Of a DNA stretch of 64,000 nucleotides, positions 21,429 through 31,167 are shown one piece after another (the stretch's first letter is position 1; every line of letters begins with the position of its first letter). The notes beneath the pieces are model-generated. The model made no database searches and had not been told where the DNA came from. It was given only the letters and a program-made list of their open reading frames with translations. Source of the DNA: Parachlamydiales bacterium (GTDB lineage Bacteria > Chlamydiota > Chlamydiia > Chlamydiales > SM23-39). The stretch spans positions 12,136-76,135 of the forward strand of contig JBNLAH010000001.1 in NCBI GenBank assembly GCA_050302075.1, written 5' to 3'. The translations under genes and the position numbers were made by a program.

Positions 21429-22402
21429 GATCGTCAATTTTTTTAGATGCACTTAATCGAAAAAATAAATCAAAAAAATTTCCAGTTTGGATTATGCGCC
21501 AAGCTGGTAGATATTTGCCAAACTATCAAAAGTTTCGTCAAAAATATCCCTTAAAAAGTCTTTTTACTGATCCAGAATTGGCATCAAAAGTTACCATGAT
21601 GCCATTTGAATATCTAAGCTTAGATGCTGCTATCGTTTTTTGGGATATCTTACTTATAGCAGAGCCATTAGGTTATAACATTGTTTATAATGAAAACAAA
21701 CCTCCTTTAGCCATAGAAAAAAGTGAAAATTATATCAAAGATTTTGAGTATCTTTATGCAAATATTTGTGAAATAAAAAAAGTTTGCAAGCTTCCACTAA
21801 TTGGGTTTTGTGGAGGACCTTTTACTGTTTTGAGTTTCTTGTTGAAAGACCTCAAAAAGCAAATATATCAAAACCCAAAAATTGTTCATGAAAAGTTAAA
21901 TGAAATAACAAATATCACAATAGAAAATTTAAAAGGGCAAATAAAATCAGGGGTTGATGCAATTCAGATTTTTGAGTCATCAGTTCACATGTTATCTTCT
22001 GACTTGATAGAGCAGTTTAGTATCTATTACTTGAATAAGATACTGAAGGAACTTAAGTGCCCAACCATTGTTTTTGGGATGGGAATTTCTCAACATATAG
22101 ATAAGTATAGCAATTTACCTTGTAATGCAATGGGATTGGACTGGAGGCTAGAAATAGATAGAGCAAAAAAAATGTTACCTCCTAACTTAGCGATTCAGGG
22201 ATGCTTTGATCCAAGCTTGTTATTTGCTTCTAAAGAACAGATTAAATTAACTGTAGAAAAAACTTTAAAAAAAATGAAAGACGATCCAGGATGGATAATT
22301 AATTTGGGGCATGGGATTTTGCCAGATACTCCCATTGACTCTGTGAAATTTTTTATCGAAATAGTAAATAGCTATGACAGATTTTCCAGTGAGGATATTT
22401 GA
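21425..22402 (+). CDS. hemE: uroporphyrinogen decarboxylase
   Basis: PVWIMRQAGRYLPNY signature. TTG start overlaps the tkt stop by 4 nt. Confidence 0.9.
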   Translation: MRSSIFLDALNRKNKSKKFPVWIMRQAGRYLPNYQKFRQKYPLKSLFTDPELASKVTMMPFEYLSLDAAIVFWDILLIAEPLGYNIVYNENKPPLAIEKSENYIKDFEYLYANICEIKKVCKLPLIGFCGGPFTVLSFLLKDLKKQIYQNPKIVHEKLNEITNITIENLKGQIKSGVDAIQIFESSVHMLSSDLIEQFSIYYLNKILKELKCPTIVFGMGISQHIDKYSNLPCNAMGLDWRLEIDRAKKMLPPNLAIQGCFDPSLLFASKEQIKLTVEKTLKKMKDDPGWIINLGHGILPDTPIDSVKFFIEIVNSYDRFSSEDI

Positions 22403-23744
22403 AAAATATGATATTCCTGTCCCGAGATACACAAGCTATCCAACAGCTGTTCAATTTAAGTCACTAAGTTCTTCTGATTATAAAGTAAAATTAAAATTTT
22501 TAGACCAAGAAAAAAGAAATCTTTCTATTTACGTTCATATTCCATTTTGCAGATCGATATGTCTTTTTTGTGGGTGTTCTGTTGTATTAAACAGAAAAGA
22601 TGAAAAACAACAGAAATATGTGGAATGTCTATTACAAGAAATTAAGCTACTAGGTTCTTTTTTACAAAAAAAACACTCTCTTAAGCAACTGCATTTTGGT
22701 GGGGGTACTCCTACAAATCTGACTGATCTTCAGTTTTCCGAAATTATTGCAGCTTTAAAAAGGTATATAGTTTTTAGTCAAGACATTGAAATGTCAATTG
22801 AGATTGACCCAAGAAATATCATGAAAGACTGTGGAAAAAAGCTAAGGGTTTTAAAGCAGTTGGGTTTTAACAGAGTGAGCTTTGGAGTACAAGATACTGA
22901 TTTACAGGTGCAAGAAGCAGTTAGAAGAAGACAGACCAAGCAGATGACTGTGCAGACTTTCAGATGGGCAAAGGATTTGGGTTTTGAGGGGATTAATTTA
23001 GATTTAATTTATGGACTTCCCAAACAAACAAAAGAAACCTTTAAAAAGACAGTAGAATGTATTTTAGCTATGAGGCCAGATCGCATTGCTTTATTTTCCT
23101 ATGCAAAAATTCCTTGGCTGAAACCTCATCAAAAGGCAATAAAAGAAATCCATTTGCCTTCTCAAAGTGAGAAATTTGCAATTTATAGATATGCAAGAAA
23201 AGCCTTTGTTGAAAGTGGATATATTTCGATAGGGATGGATCATTTTGCTTTGCCTGAGGATTCACTTTCAAAAGCATTTTTTACAAAGTCGCTGGACCGA
23301 AACTTTCAGGGATATAGTCTGTCCGTTGCAAGCGATATGATTGGTCTTGGAATGAGCTCGATCGGTTATGTGCAAGGTGGATACTTTCAAAATGAAAGAG
23401 ATCTTGAGGCTTATCAAGATAAAGTATTAAAAAATGAACTGCCAATTTTTAGAGGATATATATTAAATGATGATGATCACATCCATAAATGGGTTATAAA
23501 AAAAATGATGTGTGATTTTGAAGTTAATAAGTTAGAGTTTAATAGATTGTTTAATAAAAAATTTGATCAGTACTTCAATAAATTGGAAGAAAAGATAAAA
23601 GTTTTAGAAGATGAAGGTCTTATTTACTTCGATGATAAGCGTATTGTTGCTACAAAGCAAGGCGAGTTATTTATAAGAATCATAGCGTCTACTTTTGATC
23701 AATATTATGAATATAAACTAAACCAATACTCTAGGTCGGTTTGA
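22374..23744 (+). CDS. hemN: oxygen-independent coproporphyrinogen III oxidase (radical SAM)
   Basis: PRYTSYPTA motif and radical-SAM CRSICLFCGC (CxxxCxxC). Overlaps hemE by 29 nt. Confidence 0.9.
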   Translation: MTDFPVRIFEKYDIPVPRYTSYPTAVQFKSLSSSDYKVKLKFLDQEKRNLSIYVHIPFCRSICLFCGCSVVLNRKDEKQQKYVECLLQEIKLLGSFLQKKHSLKQLHFGGGTPTNLTDLQFSEIIAALKRYIVFSQDIEMSIEIDPRNIMKDCGKKLRVLKQLGFNRVSFGVQDTDLQVQEAVRRRQTKQMTVQTFRWAKDLGFEGINLDLIYGLPKQTKETFKKTVECILAMRPDRIALFSYAKIPWLKPHQKAIKEIHLPSQSEKFAIYRYARKAFVESGYISIGMDHFALPEDSLSKAFFTKSLDRNFQGYSLSVASDMIGLGMSSIGYVQGGYFQNERDLEAYQDKVLKNELPIFRGYILNDDDHIHKWVIKKMMCDFEVNKLEFNRLFNKKFDQYFNKLEEKIKVLEDEGLIYFDDKRIVATKQGELFIRIIASTFDQYYEYKLNQYSRSV

Positions 23745-25042
23745 GAAAAAAAGTTGCAATTATTGGTGGCGGTATCTCAGGCCTGAGTGCAGCCTGGTAC
23801 CTGTCAAAGCATAACTATGATATATGGGTTTTTGAAAAAAACAGTAAACTTGGCGGATGGATAGACACAAGCGCAAAAGAATTTTTCTTTGAAAAAGGCC
23901 CAAGGAGCTTTAGCTCTCAAAGATCTTCTAACTTGTTATCTCTTATTGAGGATCTAGGATTGTCTTCTGATATTATATACTCTGGAAACGATGCTAGAAA
24001 TCGCTATTTATACATTGATAAAAAGCTGCAAAAAATTCCAACTTCATTTTTGCCGTTTCTATTTTCAAAATTGACTAGAAAACATGCAGCTACTTTATTT
24101 AAAGAACTTTTTAAGCAAAGCAAAAACTTAAATGATGAAACTATTTTTTCTTTTGTTGAGAGAAGATTTAATAAAGAAATTGCCTTGAAATTTTTTGATC
24201 CGATTACTACGGGGATATATGGAGGAGATATCCATTTATTGTCAGTTCGTTCATGCTTTCCATACTTATATGAGCTAGAACAAAAATATGGATCTATAAT
24301 TAAAGGAATGCTTTTCCAAAAAAAAACCAAGAAAAAAAATACTAAAGGTCCACTTTTTACTCTCAAAAAAGGGATGTCTCAGCTTTTATATAAAATATCA
24401 GAAGAAGAAAATATTCACTTAGTTTTAGCCACTTCAGTAGAAAAGGCCTCACAGGAAGGTGAAAAAGTCATACTACAGACTAAAAATGCTAGATTAGAAT
24501 TTGACCTTGCTATTGTTGCTACTCCTTTTCATGAGCTTAAATCCTTATTCCCCAGTTTGCCACTAGATGGTAGATCGATTCCATATAATAACTTAACAAC
24601 AGTTAATGTTGGGATTAACAAATCAAACCTTTTAATGAATGGCTTTGGATACTTGGTCCCTAGAATAGAGGGGGAGAGGCTGTTAGGAGTTATTTTTGAT
24701 TCTAATATTTTTAAAGAACAAAATAAGGAAAATCAAACAAGGCTCACTATAATCACCGAGGAGGACTTTTCAAATAATAAATTAAATAAATTTGTTGAAG
24801 ATGTCTTAAAAAGGCATTTAAATATTACAGATATTCCAGCTCATATATCATATTTACGATGTAAAAATGCCATTCCTCAATACTACCTCAGCCATAAAGA
24901 AAAAATTTTAAACATAAAAGATTATTTCATGAGAAACTATTCAAAAATTTTGTTTACTGGAAATTACCTTGAGAACGTTTCTGTTGATGGTTGTATTAAT
25001 AAATCAAAACAAACTGCAAATAAAGTTGAAAATTATTTCTAA
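23741..25042 (+). CDS. hemY: FAD-dependent protoporphyrinogen oxidase (HemY type)
   Basis: N-terminal dinucleotide fold VAIIGGGISGLSAAWYL. Size and position after hemE-hemN fit. TTG start overlaps the hemN stop by 4 nt. Confidence 0.8.
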   Translation: MRKKVAIIGGGISGLSAAWYLSKHNYDIWVFEKNSKLGGWIDTSAKEFFFEKGPRSFSSQRSSNLLSLIEDLGLSSDIIYSGNDARNRYLYIDKKLQKIPTSFLPFLFSKLTRKHAATLFKELFKQSKNLNDETIFSFVERRFNKEIALKFFDPITTGIYGGDIHLLSVRSCFPYLYELEQKYGSIIKGMLFQKKTKKKNTKGPLFTLKKGMSQLLYKISEEENIHLVLATSVEKASQEGEKVILQTKNARLEFDLAIVATPFHELKSLFPSLPLDGRSIPYNNLTTVNVGINKSNLLMNGFGYLVPRIEGERLLGVIFDSNIFKEQNKENQTRLTIITEEDFSNNKLNKFVEDVLKRHLNITDIPAHISYLRCKNAIPQYYLSHKEKILNIKDYFMRNYSKILFTGNYLENVSVDGCINKSKQTANKVENYF

Positions 25043-25098
25043 TTATAGTATAATAATTTGTACGGGTTAATATTAATTAATAACAAAAAGAGAGAAAT

Positions 25099-25773
25099 AT
25101 GAGTTTAGTTTATCTTTCCTCCAAAGAAGATCAATCTTTATTTGATCTAATAAAAAAATATCGCTTTCAATTAAGCGATCCTAAACTCACTTTGTCTGAT
25201 CTAAATCAAATGGCAGACCATTTGGCCGTAGTTTTGCAAAATGAAACGAATTCAAAAGTAATTGCTGGTGAAATGTCTGCCTTCTTTGGCGAAATTGAGA
25301 GTAAAGAAAACCAAAGAAGGGGTGAAGATCAGAATCTCTTAACATTTATTCATCAGCTTGGCTTTGAGGTAAAACAGTTAAAATTACAAATAGATATTCT
25401 TCCTCCATCTATTATTGAAGCCAAGTTGGATGAGCTTAATGATTGGCATAAATCACTTTGTGGTCATAATGCTTTTCAAAATGATTTTTTTCAAAAAGAA
25501 CTCGACTATCTTGAAGATATATTAGAGGATTTATATTTTAACTTTCATTTTCCGATAGTTGCAATTCTAGAAAAATCAAATGATCAGAAAGTTATGCAGT
25601 ACCTCAAAGATGCCAGAGCTTATTTTTTTGCTAAAAATGATGATTTTTTATTTCCTAAAGAAGATCTAATAGAGTTTTTAGGTAAAAAAGGTATCAAGCA
25701 TTTAAGCAAAGAAAAAGACCGCCACTTTGTAACACAAATAATATTAGAGCGCCTTCAAGATACAATTGGATGA
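25099..25773 (+). CDS. hypothetical protein
   Basis: A 224-aa ORF with a reasonable AGAGAGAAAT-ATG context. Helical and acidic, with no motif recognised. Confidence 0.4.
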   Translation: MSLVYLSSKEDQSLFDLIKKYRFQLSDPKLTLSDLNQMADHLAVVLQNETNSKVIAGEMSAFFGEIESKENQRRGEDQNLLTFIHQLGFEVKQLKLQIDILPPSIIEAKLDELNDWHKSLCGHNAFQNDFFQKELDYLEDILEDLYFNFHFPIVAILEKSNDQKVMQYLKDARAYFFAKNDDFLFPKEDLIEFLGKKGIKHLSKEKDRHFVTQIILERLQDTIG

Positions 25774-26381
25774 TGTTCTTCTTGTAATCGATCTCCAAAA
25801 CAGTATCCGAATCGCTTCAAATTAGAATTATTTAAGTCACTTGGGTTACACTTGTAAACCGTTCTATCAGAGGCATACCCTATAAAAAAAAGACACTGAT
25901 TCTCTTTTTGCAATGAACTTAAGTCAAATGTCCTATGTGGGTTTACGAAAACTACATTTGCAAATTGCATTGGAGCTTGAAAATTTTCTGAGTAGTCAAG
26001 TGTAGTACTATGATCTAGACGGATTATTGCGATACACTTTAGATTTTGAAAAGAGAAATATTCTTCAAGGGAATCACTTTCTTTGAAAAAATTATTTGAA
26101 GAATACACTTGGTCAAAAGCTAACTGTAAGTATTTTGCTCCTGTCAGATCTTTTGCAATGTGAGCTAAATTCGAATTTTTTGAAATTTTTTGAAATAAAA
26201 AATCATTTCTAAACAGATCTCGACCTGTTTTATAAATGCTGTTTGAACTGGTGGTATCTATAATTTTAGGTAGCTTGTTTTTAGCTTCTTCTAGAAGGTT
26301 CTGGTCAATCACTTCCTCAAATTCAATGAATCCGTGTTCTAGATAATAATTAATATGTTGGTTTGCTATCGTATAACGCAT
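25755..26381 (-). CDS. hypothetical protein, co-oriented with and overlapping dapL
   Basis: A 208-aa ORF whose start overlaps the dapL stop by 16 nt. The N-terminus (YYLEHGFIEFEEVIDQNLLEEAK) faintly recalls PhyH-type dioxygenases, but no HxD metal motif is seen. Confidence 0.4.
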   Translation of the reverse strand: MRYTIANQHINYYLEHGFIEFEEVIDQNLLEEAKNKLPKIIDTTSSNSIYKTGRDLFRNDFLFQKISKNSNLAHIAKDLTGAKYLQLAFDQVYSSNNFFKESDSLEEYFSFQNLKCIAIIRLDHSTTLDYSENFQAPMQFANVVFVNPHRTFDLSSLQKENQCLFFIGYASDRTVYKCNPSDLNNSNLKRFGYCFGDRLQEEHHPIVS

Positions 26382-27580
26382 GTATAAATCTCTTTTAGTC
26401 TATTAAGTGCTATTTCAATATCTTTTTTAGGCGCAAAAGCTGAGAATCGGACGTAACCTTCGCCGCAACTACCAAAACCAGCTCCGGGAATGGAAATGAT
26501 TTTAGCTTTAGTTAAAAGTTCATCAAAGAACTCCCAAGAACTGCTTGGGGATTTCACAAAGACATAAGGGGCATCCACTCCGCCATAGAAAGTCAAACCA
26601 AGCGATCTAAGTCCCTCTGTTAGAGTTTTCATTTGGTCAATATATTCTAAGAGAAGTTTGTTGATGCTTTGTTTGCCTTCAGTGCTATAAATAGCTAAGG
26701 CACCCATTTGGATTGGGTAGGGGACTCCACCAAATTTAGTTTCGCATCTTCTGATCCAATATTCTCTGATGGGGATATTTTGAATTTTAAGCTCGCTTGG
26801 GATTACAGTGTAAGAGCATCTAAGCCCAGTAAATCCGGCTTTCTTTGAAAATGAGCGAACTTCAATCGCACATTTTTTAGCTCCTTCAATTTCATAAATT
26901 GAATGGGGAGTATTTTTAGTAGTAATAAATGCTTCATATGCTCCATCAAAGATAATTACAGCATCATTTTGAATGGCATAGTCCACCCATTTTTTTAGCT
27001 CATCATGTGTAAGGGCAGTTCCTGTTGGATTGTTTGGGGAGCAAAGATAAATCAAATCAACTGGAAAATCTGGTATCTTTGGGTAAAAATTATTTTTCTC
27101 TTCACATGGAAGGTAGACTATTTTTTGATATTTTTCATCTTGAAAAAGGCCTGTTCTTCCTGCCATTACATTTGAATCGACATAAACTGGATAAGTTGGA
27201 TCGCAGATTGCTACTTTTGAATTTATGTCGAATAATTCTTGGATATTTGCTATGTCGCATTTTGCGCCATTAGAAACGAAGATATCATCTTCAACTATAC
27301 CAAGATTTAAGTAGTCATTTTCAGCAATTGCTTTTCTTAAAGCTGAAAATCCAACTGATGGCCCATATCTTGCTTTTGAAACGTCGTGTTCAAGTTCTAG
27401 TGTTGCCTCTACAATTGCTTTAACAATGGGACTTGGTAAAGGCTTGGTTATGTCCCCGATTCCTAAATTTATAAGTTCTGCATCAGGATCAATGGCTTTT
27501 AAATCACTTACTTTTTTCTCAATTTGTGGAAAAAGATATGAAGATGCAAGCTTTGCAAAATGAGAATTAAGTTTAACCAT
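26366..27580 (-). CDS. dapL: LL-diaminopimelate aminotransferase
   Basis: N-terminal SSYLFPQIEKKV and the PLP-lysine segment SFSKKAGFTGLRCSY are typical of the DapL clade of class I aminotransferases. Confidence 0.88.
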   Translation of the reverse strand: MVKLNSHFAKLASSYLFPQIEKKVSDLKAIDPDAELINLGIGDITKPLPSPIVKAIVEATLELEHDVSKARYGPSVGFSALRKAIAENDYLNLGIVEDDIFVSNGAKCDIANIQELFDINSKVAICDPTYPVYVDSNVMAGRTGLFQDEKYQKIVYLPCEEKNNFYPKIPDFPVDLIYLCSPNNPTGTALTHDELKKWVDYAIQNDAVIIFDGAYEAFITTKNTPHSIYEIEGAKKCAIEVRSFSKKAGFTGLRCSYTVIPSELKIQNIPIREYWIRRCETKFGGVPYPIQMGALAIYSTEGKQSINKLLLEYIDQMKTLTEGLRSLGLTFYGGVDAPYVFVKSPSSSWEFFDELLTKAKIISIPGAGFGSCGEGYVRFSAFAPKKDIEIALNRLKEIYTCVIR

Positions 27581-27640
27581 AGACTAACCACCCAAAAATG
27601 TGATAATTTTAATTGAGTTATTTTAGAGGATTATAATCTT

Positions 27641-28351
27641 TTGCAACTATTAAAAACACTTATAAGCGCTAAGAAAAAGATAGAAGAGAAAATCGGCTAC
27701 ACTTTTAAAAGTGAAAAGTTATTTAGTCAAATTTTTATTCACAAGTCATATCATAATGAAAACCCTGAACTTGAGATTTCACATAATGAAAGGTTAGAGT
27801 TTTTAGGAGATTCGGTCTTAGGGTTGATTATGGCGGAGGTTTTATTTGAGCTTTTACCTGAAGTAGATGAAGGTATTTTATCTGCTCATTTAGCTAACTT
27901 GGTGAATGCTAAATTTTGTTTGTCTTACTTTCAAAAATTAGGACTACAAGATTACCTAATCTTGGGGAGGGGGGAATCGAAAAGCACAAATAAGGGAAGA
28001 AATACTATTTTGGCAGATGCTTTTGAAGCATTAATCGCAGGAATTTATTTAGATAGCAACCTCGAGGTTGTAAAGAACTTTTTTCATAAAAATTTTAAAG
28101 AAGATGTTATTAGCTACATAAAATCGCCTGCAAGAAATTATAAGGCTGACTTTCAGGATTTTTCTCAAAAGCATTTTCAAAAACTTCCTAAATACAAATT
28201 AACTTCTGAGACAGGGCCTGCTCACGAAAGGACATTTTTTATGGAAGTTTATATAGGTGATAAAAAATTTGGGGGGGGATCTGGCGGTTCTAAAAAAGAA
28301 GCTGAACAGATCGCAGCAAAAGATGCCCTTAAAAAACTCAAGGATAAATGA
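27641..28351 (+). CDS. rnc: ribonuclease III
   Basis: Catalytic signature NERLEFLGDSVLG and a C-terminal dsRBD (GGGSGGSKKEAEQIAAKDALKKL). TTG start with AGAGGA upstream. Confidence 0.93.
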   Translation: MQLLKTLISAKKKIEEKIGYTFKSEKLFSQIFIHKSYHNENPELEISHNERLEFLGDSVLGLIMAEVLFELLPEVDEGILSAHLANLVNAKFCLSYFQKLGLQDYLILGRGESKSTNKGRNTILADAFEALIAGIYLDSNLEVVKNFFHKNFKEDVISYIKSPARNYKADFQDFSQKHFQKLPKYKLTSETGPAHERTFFMEVYIGDKKFGGGSGGSKKEAEQIAAKDALKKLKDK

Positions 28352-29715
28352 TGAAACAGAAAGTAGTGTGGGAATGTGCTGAGTGTGCTCATCAGCAGTC
28401 AAAATGGACTGGAAGTTGTAGTAGATGCCATAATTGGAATACTTTTGTGGAGCTTACTGTAGATAAAGGGGCAAAGTTTGTCGGTCAAACTGAAGAGATA
28501 TCAGCTAAGCCTGTTAGAATATCTGAGATAAACCCCACAAGCTTTCAGAGAAAATCTGTTCAGATGCAGGAAGTTGACAGAGTTTTAGGCGGGGGGATTG
28601 TTGATGGTTCTTTAACACTAGTTGGAGGAGAACCGGGTATTGGCAAGTCAACATTGCTATTACAGCTAGCATATGGATTGGGATCTCAAAACTTGAAGGT
28701 GCTGTATGTTTGTGCAGAAGAATCAGTGGAACAGACTTCACTAAGAGCTAAACGACTTGATTTGCACCATGAAAATATCTACCTTTTAAGTGAGTCAAAT
28801 TTTTATTTTGTTAAACAACAAATTACTAAAATTAAGCCAAATGTTCTGATTTTAGACTCGATTCAGGTTTTATATAAACCTGAGCTAAATTCTTCTCAAG
28901 GTTCAGTTGTCCAGGTGCGTGAAATTGCAAGCGAATGCATGCAGCTTGCTAAAAAAAATAAGATTACAACTTTTTTAATCGGACATGTCACAAAGTCAGG
29001 AGAGATAGCTGGGCCAAGGGTTTTAGAGCATTTAGTAGATACTGTTTTAGAATTTGAAGGGGACAGGCAACATGGATTTAGGATGCTTAGATCTATTAAA
29101 AATCGTTTTGGCCCAACTGATGATGTTGCTATTTTCAAAATGAGAGAAAAGGGGTTAAAGCAAATTATAAACCCATCTGAAATTTTTCTAGAGCATCGAC
29201 AAGAAAAAATTGCCGGTTGTGCTACTACAGCAACACTGGAAGGAGCCAGATCTTTTTTACTCGAGGTCCAAGCCCTGGTAACTGTTAGTGCTTTTTCATC
29301 TGCAACAAGAAGATCAACTGGGATCGACCAAAATAGGTTAGCATTGCTTTTGGCAGTTCTAGAAAAAAGAATTAATCTGCAAATGCATAGATGTGATGTA
29401 TTTGTATCAGTTGCAGGCGGCATGAAAATCCAAGAACCTGCAATAGACCTTGCGATTCTTTTGGCGATAGCTTCATCATTTCAAGAAAAGCCCATCGAAT
29501 CAAATGTGGCTATAGTAGGTGAAGTAGGTCTAGCTGGGGAGGTAAGAGCCATTCCTAGAATAGAGACTAGGATTAAAGAAGCCATTTTAATGGGATTTAA
29601 AAAATTCATCATCCCTAAAAGAAATTTCAAGGGTCTGGAGCAAAAATTTTTTGATCAAATAGAAATAGTTGGAGTTAATTTAGTAGATGAAGCAATTGCT
29701 GAGTTGTTGCCATGA
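28348..29715 (+). CDS. radA: DNA repair protein RadA/Sms
   Basis: N-terminal zinc finger CAECAHQQSKWTGSCSRCHNW, Walker A GGEPGIGKSTLLLQ, the KNRFG motif and a Lon-like C-terminus. Confidence 0.95.
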   Translation: MMKQKVVWECAECAHQQSKWTGSCSRCHNWNTFVELTVDKGAKFVGQTEEISAKPVRISEINPTSFQRKSVQMQEVDRVLGGGIVDGSLTLVGGEPGIGKSTLLLQLAYGLGSQNLKVLYVCAEESVEQTSLRAKRLDLHHENIYLLSESNFYFVKQQITKIKPNVLILDSIQVLYKPELNSSQGSVVQVREIASECMQLAKKNKITTFLIGHVTKSGEIAGPRVLEHLVDTVLEFEGDRQHGFRMLRSIKNRFGPTDDVAIFKMREKGLKQIINPSEIFLEHRQEKIAGCATTATLEGARSFLLEVQALVTVSAFSSATRRSTGIDQNRLALLLAVLEKRINLQMHRCDVFVSVAGGMKIQEPAIDLAILLAIASSFQEKPIESNVAIVGEVGLAGEVRAIPRIETRIKEAILMGFKKFIIPKRNFKGLEQKFFDQIEIVGVNLVDEAIAELLP

Positions 29716-30371
29716 TAATAGATATAGCAGCTAGATCATCTAACTTATCTATTAAACAAGTAGCAGAAGTTATTAGTCTGATGTCAGAGCTATATCCAAA
29801 CATTTCGTTCAAAACCCACTTCATAGAGACAAAAGGAGATAAGGATAAAAAGCAGTCATTGAGAGATTTAGACAAAACAGATTTTTTCACGCATGAAATT
29901 GATCACTTTATATTAAATAAAAAAAACTACATTGGGGTTCATTCAGCTAAAGATCTACCTGACCCCATCCATAAAGATCTGAAGGTAGTAGCTTTTACAA
30001 AGTGCTTGGATTCTAGAGATTCAATTGTAACGAATAAAGAAGTCTCTTTTTTTGAATTAAAGAAAGGCTCTGTAGTTGCAACATCAAGTTATCGACGAGA
30101 AATGATGGTAAAATCACTTAGGAGTGATTTAAAATTTATAGATATCAGAGGGACTATTGAAGAGCGCTTAAAAGTATTAGAAAGTAAAAAAGTTGATGGA
30201 GTAGTTATAGCAGAAGCTGCTTTGATTAGACTTAATCTTACTCATTTAAATCGGGTCATCCTGGATTCAGAAACTGTACAAGGCCAAGGTCAGCTAGCTG
30301 TGATTGCAAACAAAGATGATAAAGAAATGGAGGATATATTTAGCTTGATTAACTATGGTCTTGTAAATTGA
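29712..30371 (+). CDS. hemC: porphobilinogen deaminase (hydroxymethylbilane synthase), short form with domains 1-2 only
   Basis: IAARSSNLSIKQV..., ETKGDKD, HSAKDLP, and RGTIEERLKVLESKKVDGVVIAEAALIRL align with HemC domains 1-2. The ORF ends at 219 aa, before the cofactor-cysteine domain. Confidence 0.8.
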   Translation: MIIDIAARSSNLSIKQVAEVISLMSELYPNISFKTHFIETKGDKDKKQSLRDLDKTDFFTHEIDHFILNKKNYIGVHSAKDLPDPIHKDLKVVAFTKCLDSRDSIVTNKEVSFFELKKGSVVATSSYRREMMVKSLRSDLKFIDIRGTIEERLKVLESKKVDGVVIAEAALIRLNLTHLNRVILDSETVQGQGQLAVIANKDDKEMEDIFSLINYGLVN

Positions 30372-30991
30372 AGACATTATATCTTGGTCTAAACTTTGAG
30401 AACTTTGATAAGAAAGAAAAAGCTTATCATTATCCAATTATAAAGATAGTTCCGAAGGTAAAATATCTTAGAAGATGTTTAGAAGATCTTCCAATAGTTA
30501 CTCATTGTATTTTTACATCGCCGCGTTCTGTAAGTATTCTTTGTGATTATTTACTAAATGCAGACAAACTTCACTTTTTGAAAAATAAATTCATAATAAC
30601 AATTGGGAAATCTACCCAAAGAACACTAGCTAGTTATAACATTAATTCAACTATTCCTAAAATATCAACGCAAGAAGGCATAATTGAGCTCTTAAAAAGT
30701 ATGCCTTTAGAAAATAGCCTTTTTTTTATTCCAAGATCTTCCATAGCAAGAAAAAAAATAGATCATTTTTTTGATAGGAAAAGAATTAGTTATGTAACTT
30801 TAGATATTTATGACACGCGTATCAACCGCAAGCTAAAAAAAATAGACCTAAATGATTTTGAAGAGGTGTTCTTTACAAGTCCTTCTACAGTTGAGGCTTT
30901 TTTTGAAATATTTAAAAGCATCCCAACACACTTAATATTTAAGGCGATCGGACCTGTTACAAAGCAAGTAATGGAAAAACACTTAATGTGA
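30368..30991 (+). CDS. hemD: uroporphyrinogen-III synthase
   Basis: Size, two-lobed pattern (IFTSPRSV..., FFTSPSTVEAF) and position immediately after hemC, with a 4-nt overlap. Confidence 0.7.
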   Translation: MKTLYLGLNFENFDKKEKAYHYPIIKIVPKVKYLRRCLEDLPIVTHCIFTSPRSVSILCDYLLNADKLHFLKNKFIITIGKSTQRTLASYNINSTIPKISTQEGIIELLKSMPLENSLFFIPRSSIARKKIDHFFDRKRISYVTLDIYDTRINRKLKKIDLNDFEEVFFTSPSTVEAFFEIFKSIPTHLIFKAIGPVTKQVMEKHLM

Positions 30992-31053
30992 TGCCTAACA
31001 GGCTTATTTTCAATTGACCTTATCCAGTAACTTTAAAAAATATTTTTTTTCTA

Positions 31054-31089
31054 AAACCCTCCAAGCAGTAAAAATTGCTTGGAGGGTTT
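31054..31089. terminator. perfect 14-bp GC-containing hairpin, probable bidirectional terminator
   Basis: AAACCCTCCAAGCA-8 nt-TGCTTGGAGGGTTT. It is flanked by a T/A run on both sides (TTTTTTTTCT upstream, TTTC downstream). It sits between the convergent hemD and the 46-aa minus-strand ORF. Confidence 0.6.
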
Positions 31090-31167
31090 CTGTATAACCG
31101 TCGATTGTTGGTTTTAACTATAATATCGACCTTACTTATAGTTAATAATTTCTAGTCTATTCAAGAT

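Noticed and set aside
28896-29423. Long antisense ORFs inside conserved genes: 175 aa antisense to radA, 5184-5645 antisense to nqrF, 33637-34140 antisense to accD, 24004-24366 antisense to hemY, and 50179-50511 antisense to nqrD/C, among others.
   Set aside because: Each lies entirely within a strongly supported gene on the other strand. Their composition is odd (S/P/L/C-rich), they have no Shine-Dalgarno sequence and no family motifs. They are typical shadow ORFs.
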